Notes under the pieces: model-generated
The model's database searches: none
The model's input: the letters and a program-made list of their open reading frames with translations, nothing else
Told to the model about the DNA's origin: nothing
Source of the DNA: Narcine bancroftii
Lineage: Eukaryota
Assembly (NCBI RefSeq): GCF_036971445.1
Contig: NC_091471.1
Coordinates: 235,910,001 to 235,974,000 of the forward strand
Direction of reading: 5' to 3'
DNA: 64,000 nucleotides
Translations under genes and position numbers: made by a program
Part shown: piece by piece, positions 50,158-61,989 of the stretch
Numbering within the stretch: the stretch's first letter is position 1
Layout: each line of letters starts with the position of its first letter

Positions 50158-50223
50158 GAACGTTATGAGAAAGAGCGTAGCACCCTGTCCCTGGAACTGA
50201 CCTCGCAGGTCAGTGAGCTGCGA
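50158..50223 (+). CDS. THAP-like gene exon 3 (coiled coil); ends at 50208 or runs into the gap
   Basis: Acceptor CCCATGTCCAG in phase 0; ERYEKERSTLSLELTSQ(VSELR). Confidence 0.6.
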
Positions 50224-50423
50224 NNNNNNNNNNNNNNNNNNNNNNNNNNNNNNNNNNNNNNNNNNNNNNNNNNNNNNNNNNNNNNNNNNNNNNNNNNNNN
50301 NNNNNNNNNNNNNNNNNNNNNNNNNNNNNNNNNNNNNNNNNNNNNNNNNNNNNNNNNNNNNNNNNNNNNNNNNNNNNNNNNNNNNNNNNNNNNNNNNNNN
50401 NNNNNNNNNNNNNNNNNNNNNNN
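50224..50423. other. Assembly gap
   Basis: Run of N. Confidence 1.
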
Positions 50424-53400
50424 TCCCATTCTCTAAAGGAAAGGTTATCTATTGTAAAAGGAAGTAACTGATTTTGCGTCATTATTAGTTTTGGTAATTG
50501 GTAATTTGTTTTATTCCTTTCTACATGAATCTTCTTCCAAATATTGAGCAGATGATGTAATACTGGAGAACTCCTATGTTGTACCAATTTTTCATCCCAT
50601 TTATATAATATGTGTTCAGGTATGTTTTCCCCTATTTTATCTAGTTCTAATCTAGTCCAATCTGGCTTTTCCCTTGTTTGGTAAAAATCTGATAGGTATC
50701 TTAATTGTGCGGCTCTATAATAATTTTTAAAGTTTGGCAGTTGTAAGCCTCCTTGTTTATACCATTCTGTTAATTTATCTAGTGCTATCCTCGGTTTCCC
50801 CCCTTTCCATAAAAATTTCCTTATTATTTTCTTTAACTCCTTGAAGAATTTCTCTGTCAAGTGTATTGGCAATGCCTGAAAGAGGTATAGTATCCTTGGG
50901 AAAATGTTCATTTTAATACAGTTTATCCTTCCTATTAGTGTTAGTGGTAAATCTTTCCAATGCTCTAAATCGCCCTGTAATTTTTTCATCAGTGGATAAT
51001 AATTGAGTTTATTTAGATGGCCGGGATTTTTATTTATTTGTATACCTAGGTATCTTATTGCTTGCATTTGCCATCTGAATGGTGATTCTTTCTTAAATTT
51101 TGAGAAATCCGCATTATTCATTGGCATTGCTTCACTTTTATTTACGTTAATCTTGTAACCCGACACTTCTCCATATTCCTTCAATTTCTTATGTAATTCT
51201 TTTATTGATAGTTCTGGTTCTGTTAAGTATACTATAACGTCATCTGCAAATAAACTGATTTTATATTCCTTGTCTTTTATTTTTATCCCTTTTATTTTAT
51301 TTTCTGTTCTTATCAATTCTGCTAGTGGTTCTATAGCTAACGCGAACAATAAGGGTGATAGTGCCTTGTTGATCTGCTTAAGTTAAATTGCTTTGATAAA
51401 TATACATTTACTGTCACTTTCGCCAATGGCCCCTTATATAATGCTTTAATCCAATTAATATACTTCTCTGGTAAACTGAATTTTTGCAATACTTTGAATA
51501 AATAATTCCATTCTACTCTGTCAAAGGCCTTCTCTGCATCTAAAGCAACTGCTACTGTTGGCGCTTTACCTCCTTCTACTGCATGAATTAAGTTAATAAA
51601 TTTACAAATATTGTCTGTTGTTCGTCTTTTTTTAATAAATCCAGTTTGGTCTAGATTTACTATTTTTGGTACATAGTCGGCTAATCTGTTTGCTAATAGT
51701 TTAGCTATTATCTTATAATCTGTGTTAAGTAACGATATTGGTCTATATAACGCTGGTGCGAGTGGATCTTTCCCTTGCTTTGGTATTACTGTAATTATTG
51801 CTGTTTTACATGAATCTGGTAAGCTTTGTGTTTTGTCAATCTGGTTGATTACTTCCAGGAGGGGAGGAATTAATAAATCTCTAAATGTTTTATAGAATTC
51901 TATTGGGAATCCATCCTCTCCTGGTGTTTTATTATTCGATAGTTTTTTTTATTATCTCTTGTATTTCTACTATTTCAAATGGTTCTGTTAATTTATTTTG
52001 TTCCTCTATTTGTATATTTGGTAGTTCAATTTTAGTTAAAAATTCATCTATTTTGCCTTCTTTCCCTTCGTTTTCAGTTGGTATAATTGTTCACAGAATT
52101 CTCTAAAGTTTTCATTGATCTCCGTTGGATTATATGTGATTTGTTTGTCTTTTTTCCTTGATGCCAATACCATTTTCTTAGCTTGTTCTGTCTTAAGCTG
52201 CCATGCTAGAATTTTGTGCGTTTTTTCACCTAGTTCATAATATTTCTGTTTTGTCTTCATTATGTTCTTCTCCACCTTATATGTTTGTAGTGTTTCATAT
52301 TTTATTTTTTTATCTGCCAATTCTCTTCTTTTAGTTGTATCTTCCTTCATTGCTAATTCTTTTTCTATATTTATTATTTCCCTTTCCAACTGCTCTGTTT
52401 CCTGATTATAGTCCTTCTTCATCTTGGTTACATAACTTTTTATTTGCCCTCTGATGAACGCTTTCATTGCATCCCATAGTATAAACTTATCTTTCACTGA
52501 TTCCGTATTTATTTCAAAGTACATTTTAATTTGTCTTTCAATGAATTCTCTAAAATCCTGCCTTTTAAGTAGCATGGAGTTTAATCTCCATCTATACATT
52601 CTTGGAGGGATGTCCTCTAACTTTATTGTCAATATTATGGGTGAATGGTCCGATAATATTCTAGCTTTATATTCTGTTTTTCTTACTCTATCCTGCATAC
52701 GAGCTGATAACAAAAATAGGTCTATTCTTGAGTATATTTTATGTCTAGCCGAGTAATATGAATATTCCTTTTCATTTGTGTGTTGTTTCCTCCATATATC
52801 CAAAAGTTGCATTTCTAGCATCGATTTAATTATAAATTTTGGTTACTTTGTTCTTTCTGTTAATTTTTTTACCAGTTTTATCCATATTTGAATCCAAATT
52901 AAGGTTGAAATCCCCTCCTATTAATATGTTCCCTTGCGTATCTGCTATCTTCAAAACAATATCTTGCATAAAGTTTTGATCTTCTTCGTTAGGTGAATAT
53001 ACATTGAGTAGATTCCAAAACTCCGAATATATCTGACATTTTATCATTACATATCTCACTGCTGGATCTATTATTTCCTCTTCTATTTTAATTGGTACAT
53101 TTTTACTGATTAATATAGCTACTCCTCTTGCTTTTGAATTATACGACGCTGCTGTTACATGTCCTACCCAATCTCTCTTTAATTTCTTGTGCTCCAATTC
53201 AGTTAAATGTGTTTCTTGCACAAATGCTATGTCAATTTTTTCTTTTTTCAGTAAATTTAGCAGTTTCTTCCTTTTAATTTGGTTATGTATTCCGTTAATA
53301 TTTAAAGTCATATAGTTCAGCGTAGCCATTTTATACTTTGTTTATCTTCCCTTTCTGTTTCTCCATCATCACCTTTCCTTCTTATCCATTTCTGCTTTCT

Positions 53401-53739
53401 TGTTTTGAACACTTTATAAGACAACATTTCTAAAACATCAAACATTTTCCTTATTCTCCTATTTAAAACTTCTTTAACCTCATTCTCCCCTCCCCCTCCT
53501 GAGTTGCCCTTTATCCCTTGTTGGGCAACCACATCTCCCCTCTCCATTTGGATTTGCGAATTCACTCGCAAACGTCAACTGATTTTGCAGTGACCGTAAC
53601 TCCTCCCCACCCAGCCCCCCCTGGAAAAGATTTCAATTTTCATATATAACAAAGGTCACTCTTTTAATTCCCTCCTTATTCCCTCTATTCCCTTTCATTC
53701 CCTTATTAATTCTTATCTATACTCTATATATTTTCCTCT

Positions 53740-53890
53740 NNNNNNNNNNNNNNNNNNNNNNNNNNNNNNNNNNNNNNNNNNNNNNNNNNNNNNNNNNNNN
53801 NNNNNNNNNNNNNNNNNNNNNNNNNNNNNNNNNNNNNNNNNNNNNNNNNNNNNNNNNNNNNNNNNNNNNNNNNNNNNNNNNNNNNNNNNN
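53740..53890. other. Assembly gap at the microsatellite/RTE 3' junction
   Basis: Run of N. Confidence 1.
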
Positions 53891-54395
53891 GCGGACGAAG
53901 ATTTATGGAGGGGGTAAAAGTCCACGTCAGCTGCAGGCTCGTTTGTGGCTGACAAGTCTGATGCGGGACAGGCAGACACGGTTGCAGCGGCTGCAGGGGA
54001 AAATTGGTTGGTTGGGGTTGGCTGTTGGGTTTTTCCTCCTTTTCCTTTTGTCAGTGAGGTGGGCTCTGCGGTCTTCTTCAAAGGAGGTTGCTGCCCGCCA
54101 AACTGTGAGGCGCCAAGATACACGGTTTGAGGCGATATCAGCCCACTGGCGGTGGTCAATGTGGCAGGCACCAAGAGATTTCTTTAGGCAGTCCTTGTAC
54201 CTTTTCTTTGGTGCACCTCTGTCACGGTGGCCAGTGGAGAGCTCGCCATATAACACGATCTTGGGAAGGCGATGGTCCTCCATTCTGGAGACGTGACCCA
54301 CCCAGCGCAGCTGGATCTTCAGCAGCGTGGACTCGATGCTGTCGACCTCTGCCATCTCGAGTACTTCGACGTTAGGGATGAAAGCGCTCCAATGG
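53891..54395 (-). mobile_element. Short 5'-truncated RTE of the same family as 10330-12023
   Basis: Near-identical to 11502-12008 (HWSAFIPNVEVLEMAEVDSIES...SHKRACS). Confidence 0.95.
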
Positions 54396-55986
54396 AAGCA
54401 TGAAAATTTGCAGAACAACTACAAAACAAGCAGAGAGATGAAGACATGTAATGAGAGTAAAAATGACCACGAACTATATGTGTGTGTGTGTATATGGGTA
54501 TATATATATATATATATATAAATTTTCGTGCTTCCTCTGGATCCGAGAATAGTCTGTTTTGTTGCCCTGGAATAACTATTTTAAGTACTGCTGGGTACTT
54601 TAGCATAAATTTATACCCTTTTTTCCATAGGATTGTTTTTGCTGTATTAAACTCCTTCCTCTTCTTCAGGAGTTCTAAACTTATGTCTGGATAGAAAAAA
54701 ATTTTTTGACCTTTGTATTCCAGTGGCTTTTTGTCTTCTCTTATTTTCTTCATTGCTTTCTCCAATATATTTTCTCTTGTTGTATATCTTAAGAATTTTA
54801 CTAAAATGGATCTTGGTTTTTGCTGCGGTTGTGGTTTCAGGGCTAATGTTCTATGTGCCCTCTCTATTTCCATTTCTTCCTGTAATTCTGGTCTTCCTAG
54901 GACCCTGGGGATCCAATCTTTTATAAATTCTTTCATATTCTTGCCTTCTTCCTCTTCGTTAAGTCCCACTATCTTTATATTATTTCTTCTATTATAGTTT
55001 TCCATTATATCTATCTTCTGAGCTAACAGCTCTTGTGTCTCTTTAACTTTTTTATTAGATTCTTCTAATTTCTCTTTTAAGTCCTCTACTTCCATTTCTA
55101 CGATTGTTTCTCGTTCTTCCACATTGTCCACTCTTTTTCCTATCTCTGATATGACCATTTCTATTTTATTCATTTTTTCTTCTGCACTCTTAATTCTTCT
55201 TTTTATCCCATTAAATTCTTGTAATTGCCATTCTTTCACTGATTCCATATATTCTTTAAAAAAAGATATATCCATTATCTTGCCTTTCTCTTCTTCTTCC
55301 ATTTCTTTCTGTTCTTCTTCTTCTTCCTCTGAGTTGACCATATGTTGTTTCCTTGTTTTCTTTTTACCCTCTTCTTTTTTGTTGTCGTTATTTTCTCTGT
55401 TCTGCACCTGTTGCTGTGTTGCAGGTGTCTCTCTCAGCTGTGGAGATCGACTCCGCAGCTGTTCCCCCCTCCCGTCAGTGTATTTTTTTCATGCGAGGAG
55501 TCGCGCATGCGCGGTTGCGCACTTTTACTCGGCTCCTCGAGCCATTTTTGTTGTCCCGAGCTCGGGACTTCCACTGACCTGTTGGAGCGGGCTTCTCTCT
55601 CCGCGGCGGGCCTCCTCGGACAGGTAAGGCCTTCACCTTCTTCCTCCGACGGTCTTTCTTCTTCTCTTCTTCCCATTGTTTTCGACTTTTCTCTCCGCTG
55701 CCATTTTCTTCTCACCTTTATTTTTACTTTGTTTTAATTTTTACTCTTGTACCTTTGTGTTTTGTGCATTTTTTTTTTAACTTTTCCGGAGAGGGCTGGA
55801 ATTCCCTGACCGGCCACTACTCCATCACGTGACTGACTACTCCCGAAGCAGCGGAGGTTGAATGGGTCATGGCTCTAAAGGTTATCATTACTGACAGGTG
55901 AAGGTGGAGTCGATCCCCCACTGCTGCACAAATGCTCTTGGCGTGAGCCTCAAACAGCTTCTGACAACAACGACTTGATCCAGTTT

Positions 55987-58900
55987 TGTGATAGTACAGA
56001 TTCTATCACCAATGTGTATATGTACAGATGGTAGTGCAAGATGACTGTGATTGGCTGAGAGTGTAGCCATACCTACTGGCAGGTCTTAAAGGATTGCTCC
56101 TTGCCAGACCAGGTCATTCTGGACTGGTCGACCTACTTGTGATATGTTCCAGTCTTTTAGTTAATAAAAGCCTTGGTTTGGATCATCAAGTCTTTGGTTC
56201 TTTCGACGTGCATTACAATTTTATTAACTAAAAAATTTTGAAGGGATTAAGCGTATGCTACAGCTGGAACACCTCGATATCGACCTAACGTCAGCGTCGA
56301 ATTACTTTAAGCATTGGGTGAGATGCTTTGAAACATACTTACAGCTCTCTGATCCTGCCATGATAGAGGACAGCCATCGACTACTAATATTGATGACTAT
56401 GGTGTCCCCGAGAGTCTACCAGAGTGTCCAGGATGCGACCACTTACACCGCAGCCATAAAAGTGTTGAAAGGGCTCTACGAGCGACCGGTGAACAGGGTC
56501 TATGCTGGTACAAACTTGCTACAAGGAGGCAACAGCCTGGTGAGTCCTGCAGAGCTTATATTCGGGCAGTAAGGGCAATGGGCAGGGACTATGCCTGCAC
56601 AGACAGAAATGCTGCGGAGACCACAGACGATCTGATTCAGGATGCCTATGTGGCCGGGGTTTGATCAAATGAGGTGAGGCAGTGCCTGCTAAAGCACAGG
56701 GGAGAAAACCTAGAGGACGTGATCCGGATCACAGAGATGATGGAGGCTGCGGTCTTAAGTATGGACGTGTACTCTCGGGGCTGGACCCCACACTCTGATG
56801 TAAGTAGGATGCCCTCCCTCTACCCTACTACCTACACTACGCTGCCTGATGCAACCCCAAAGTGTTATTTCTGCAGGAGGAACAAGCATAGCAGGTCCCA
56901 GTGCCCGCTGAGAAAAGCCAGGTGCCATAAAAATAGCCACTTTGCTGTAGTCTGTCGCTCCAAAATGGCCACTGTCAAACACAGTGCCTCGTGTGAAGCC
57001 CAATCACCACTCTCCATTTCAAACACTTCTTCCTCAGAGCTCTCATCCAATGAGAGCGAGGACTCCACCGCGCGGCAGCGCCTGACGTAACGGGGCAGAC
57101 ACCAAGCGGTACAAGAAGGTACAACCCACCCTTGCCACAATGACGTTCACCCTACCTCACGAAGCAACGTCTGACCAGGCCCCAGCCCTGATCTCAGCAC
57201 CCGCTGCCGACCAGGGACCCGCCACTGCTGCCAACCAGGGACTTGTCGCCGCTGCTGACCCAAGGACCCGCCGCTGACCAGGGACATGCTGCCGTCGCCA
57301 CCGCTGACCGTGGACACGCTGACACTGCCGACCGGGGACCCGACGCTGCCAACCAAGGGCCCCCCACTGCTGATTGCCCCACCACCGATGGCAAGCAGCA
57401 ACCCCCGACACTTACCGTTGGCTGCAGGCAGCAACACCAACTCCCCAACACTTTTTTCAGGCCCAACTGTTTGCGTGATGTCATCGCGCATACGTTTCGT
57501 GACATCATCATGCAGGACTCCACTGTCCCCATTACAAGTCTCTGCATCAATAACCCTCCACCAGGACTTCCCATCCCCTCACAAAAGCAATGGAACTGAT
57601 TAAAGTGCATAGACACTATACCAATTGCTTATTTGACTCAGGGTCAACTGACAGTTTTATCCGCCTAGACCTGGCCCACCGTTGTGGACTAGCTATTCTC
57701 CCCACTGCACAGAGAATTTAATTGGCAACCAGATTGCACTTGACTGGGGTAAAGGGGTACTGCGTGGCGACCTTGAAAGTCCAGGGCATCACATTCACAG
57801 ACTTCAAACTATTAGTCCTTCCCCAATTGTGTGCCCCTGCTCTGCTGGGACTGGATTTTCAGTGCCAGTTTCAAACCATTTCCCTGCACTTTGGGGGGCC
57901 TCATGCTCCACTCTCTGTCTGTAACCACTCCACCCCGGAAACCTCTTGCCAGCGGCAACCCAAGCCACCTGCCCCGGGGCCTCCCCTGTAGTCTCTCCAC
58001 CCTCCGAGTTGCTCCGCCAACGCTTTTCGCAAATCTCACCCCTGGCTGGAAGCCTGTGCCACCAAAAGCTGGCAATATAGTTATGAACCTAGCTCGAGGC
58101 CATTGAAGGCCCAGGCAGTGGTTGTTAAAAATGGGGAGAAGCCACGGATGGTGGTTAACTACAGCCAGACAATCAACTGCTTCACGCTCCTGGATGCATA
58201 CCCACTTCCACGGATCACAGATGTGGTGAATCAGATCGCCCAATACTGTGTATTTTCCACCATTGGCTTACGTTCGACCTATCATCAGTTCCCGATCTGC
58301 TGAGAAGACCGAACTTTCACGGCCTTCGAAGCGAATGGGCGGATGTATCAATTCCTCAGGGTACCCTTTGGGGGTCACAAATGGCGTCGCGGTCTTCCAG
58401 CGGGAAATGGACTGGATGGTGGACCAGAACAGGCTAACAGCTACTTTCCCGTATCTGGACAACGTCACCATCTGCGGCCATGACACGGAGGATCATGATG
58501 CCAATCTTGAGAAATTTTTTCAGACAGCAACTCGGCTGAACTTGACCTACAATTTCGACAAGTGTGTCTTCCGGACCACACAGCTCGCAATTCTGGGCTG
58601 CGTGGTGGAGAATGGGGTGGTCATGCCGGACCCTGACCGCATGCGTCCCCTCACGGACCTGCCACACCCCCACCCCAGAAGGCACTCACTGCCTGAGTTT
58701 TTTCTCTTACTATGCCCAATGCGTTCCACAGTATGTCAACAAGGCACGACCACTTATCAAGACCACCTCCTTCCCCCTGTCAACCGAAGCCAGAGCGGCC
58801 TTCGACCGCATCAAATTGGACATCATTGCTGCTACGCTGCACGCCATCGACAAGTCCATTCCATTCCAAGTCGAAAGCAATGCATCTGACTTTGCACTGG

Positions 58901-60684
58901 CAGCCACTTTGAACCAGGCCGTCCGGCTGGTAACCTTTTTCTCCAGAACCCTCCAGTGTTGAGAGCCGACATTTCTCTGTTGAGAAGGAGGCCCAGACCA
59001 TAGTTGAAGCAGTATGTCATTGGAGACACTACCTCACAGGCAGGCGCTTTACGCTGCTGACTGACCAATACGCGGTCTCCTTCATGTTTAGCAATACCCA
59101 GCGAGGTAAGATCAAGAATGACAAAATCACCAGGTGGAGAATCAAGCTCTCCACCTTTAATTATGACATACTGTATCGGCCAGGTAAACTCAATGACCCA
59201 CCAGATGCGCTCTCCAGGGGGACTTGCACCAATGTACAACTGGACAGGCTGTAGAAACTCCACGAGGAGCTCTGTCATCCAGGGGTCACTAGGTTCGTGC
59301 ACTTTGTCAAAGCTCGCAACCTGCCCTACATGGTCGAGGAGACTTGCTCCATGAGCCGACCCTGCCCAGTGGTGTACTGAGTGCAAGCTCCGCTTCTTCC
59401 GTCTGGAGAACACCCATGTCATCAAAGACACCCGCCCCTTTGAGCGTCTCAGCGTAGACTTCAAGGGACCCCTACTGTTGACCAACCGTAACACCTACAT
59501 CCTTACGGCCATTGACAAGTACTCCCACTTCCCGTTCGCTGTGCCCTGCTCGGACATGACTGCCTCCTCAGTTATAGAGGCCCTGCACAGCATCTTTGCC
59601 ATCTTCGGGTACCCCAGTTACATCCACAGTGACAGGAGGTGCTCATTTATGAGCACAGAGCTGCGGCAGTACCTTCTGGAGTGTGGTATTGCTTCAAGCA
59701 GGACCACCACATATAACCCACGCGGTAATGGGCAAGTCGAAAGAGAGAATGCCACCATCTGGAAAGTGATTACGCTTGTCCTCTGGTCCAAAGGTCTCCC
59801 CACTTCTCACTGACAGGATGTGCTCACTAGTGCTATGCACTCCATCCGCTCCCTCCTATGCACCACGACCAATGCCATCACCCCCCCATGAAAGGATGTT
59901 CTCTTTCCCGAGGAAATCCGAGTCGGGTACGACCATACCAGCATGGCTCACGGTTCCCGGTCCAGTCCTCTTACGACGCCACGTCCAGTACTCAAAAATG
60001 ACCCCTTGGTTGACCGAGTGACTCTGCTCCATGGGAACCCGCATTATGCCTACTTTGAGTACCTGGACGGATGGGAGGACACAGTCTCAGTAAGGGACTG
60101 AGCTTAAGCCGGATCAGGCACAGCAGTGCCTTTAACCCAACCTCCACCAGGTCACGTGCTTGAACAGAGGAACCAGCACCATCCCACCAGCTCAGGCCCC
60201 CTATTCCTTCTCCCCCAGGTCATGTGCTTGAACAGAGAGACCAGCACCATCTCAGGCCAGTCTGTCGACAACGCCATTGGGGAATTGAGCGAAGTAGTGG
60301 CCGCACCCTACGGGCCTGCTGGCGACATGACTCCGGCGACCCCAATTCTGGCACCACGGCAGTCACGCCGGATGGTCAGGCCCCCTGACCGGTACAGCCC
60401 CTAACCTCCATCCACCCTGGGGACGGTTCTCAAAGAAGGAGTGAATGTGATAGTACAGATTCTATCACCAATGTGTATATGTACATATGTACAGATGGTA
60501 GTGTAGGATGACTGTGATTGGCTGAGAGTGTAGCCACACCTATTGGCAGGTCTTAAAGGGTTGCTCCTAGCCAGACCAGGTCATTCTGAACTGGTCGACC
60601 TACTTGTGATATGGTCCAATCTTTTAGTTAATAAAAGCCTTGGTTTGGATCAACAAGTCTTTGGTTCTTTCGACGCGCACTACA
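55987..60684 (+). mobile_element. Ty3/Gypsy LTR retrotransposon with two LTRs, defective
   Basis: LTRs at 55987-56217 and 60446-60684; PPT AAAGAAGGAGTGAA. Gag with a CYFC..H...C knuckle, protease LFDSGS, RT (DAYPLP, YLDN), RNase H (NASD), integrase (HSD..GNGQVER). Flanks AGTTT/AGTAT. Confidence 0.95.
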
Positions 60685-60905
60685 AGTATGTAAAAGTAGA
60701 TGACACATTTTTCTTGTTTATTTTTCATTGTGTGATGACATTGTTTAATGGTTTTATTGTATTGTATATGTTGAATATTTATTGGTTTTGAAGAGGGGAG
60801 GGAAAAAAAGGGAGAAAATGCCTCTGTGTATATTTAATGAGAAATGTTTGTATATATTTTGGTTGATGTGGTTCACAGTGTAAAAAATAAAAAATTATAA
60901 AAAAA
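60685..60905 (+). mobile_element. L1-type 3' UTR fragment with A-rich tail (host of the Gypsy insertion)
   Basis: Resembles 16290-16496. A 14-bp duplication CAGCTTCTGACAAC lies at 55955-55968 and 60908-60921. Confidence 0.75.
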
Positions 60906-61149
60906 CCCAGCTTCTGACAACCAAGTCCAAATCCTGGTCTTCATGTATGGCATCGTTCTTCTGGCCGGCAGAGTTGTTCTCACTGACAGGAGAAGGGGCA
61001 AAGGTGGGCCATAGTGCCTTGCTGCTCTGGACAGAAGGGGTGGGGGGGAGTCCCACTGCATAGGCAACAGACAGATCTCCGAATCAACTCTGCCCTGGCT
61101 TGCGCCCTGGAGAGGCCACTCCAGCTGACCAAACTCAAATCCAACCATT

Positions 61150-61700
61150 CCATCGGTCGTGACCGACCATGGGGGATTGCGCCTCTGGTTGTTATGGGTT
61201 TGTTCAGCAGTGTCAACTATGGCCATGGAGGCCGATCCTGGAATGGCAGTTGCTGCAAATATAGGGCATAATTGAATTGTTGTCCGCTGGGCTCTTTGCT
61301 TCGCTCTCCACTCCTCACATTGGCTCCAGATCACTCTTTCGTCTTGCTTTAGGTGTTGATGAAGAATCCCTCACCATTGGTTGTGGTCGTCTGCTGTATC
61401 ATCCTGGCACTCTGTTGATTATTAAGACTTACATTGGTCCTTCAAGCAAAGCTGTGGTCAACCAGCATTCCTATTGCTAAGTTCTCCACAGTTTGCATTG
61501 CCATAAAAGCGTGAATGTGGTGGGAAGCCCTGCGTGGGCAAGGTCCTCAGAATTTGGGACTTTGTCTCTCCAGGATGCGGCGAAGGCTGTGTGGTTGAAA
61601 ACTGGCACGTTTCCTTTCCGTCTCAGAGTAGACAGTCCTACAGGAGGGTGCCGATAGTGCACAGTGGCCTTGGTCTTTGTAATGATTCTCCCAGACCCGC
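61150..61700 (-). mobile_element. Old RTE-like 3' fragment
   Basis: The reverse strand gives PQLCLKDQCK..W..EEWRAKQR and NCHSRIGLHGH. Confidence 0.6.
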
Positions 61701-61989
61701 CAGGAGAGCAGAGTGACAGAGGCCACAACGATAGATTTTTACAGAGCAGGGAAATAGAGGGTTATGGGGACAAGGCAGAGAGCCCCAATCTCACTGAATG
61801 GCGGAGCAGGCTCGACGGGCCGGGGATGGTCTCTTCCTGCTCCTATAGTTCTTAACCTCAATTAACCAAAAGCATTTTTTTTTGCTCTGCAATGCATTCC
61901 CCTTTAAATCTGGACAAAGTTGCCCGCAGTAAACATGGGATGGCAGGTAGGACATGTCCTCTCCGTGAACATCGAGCTTGCCATAAACC

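Larger units (their letters stand above)
50424..55834 (-). mobile_element. L1-clade LINE (copy 2): 5' end intact, 3' end lost in the gap, RTE nested between the ORFs
   Basis: 5' end AGTCACGTGATGGAGTAGTGGCCGG, as in copy 1. ORF1 at ~55407-54521; ORF2 from 53329 with frameshifts. Confidence 0.95.

Noticed and set aside
44377-50200. Long ORFs of 400-760 aa (Pro/Ser/Leu-rich, Arg/Glu/Gly-rich, mucin-like PRPSTTPV)
   Set aside because: They are translations of stop-free minisatellites that are open in several frames on both strands. Only 45510-45937 and 50158-50223 have splice sites and complex sequence.
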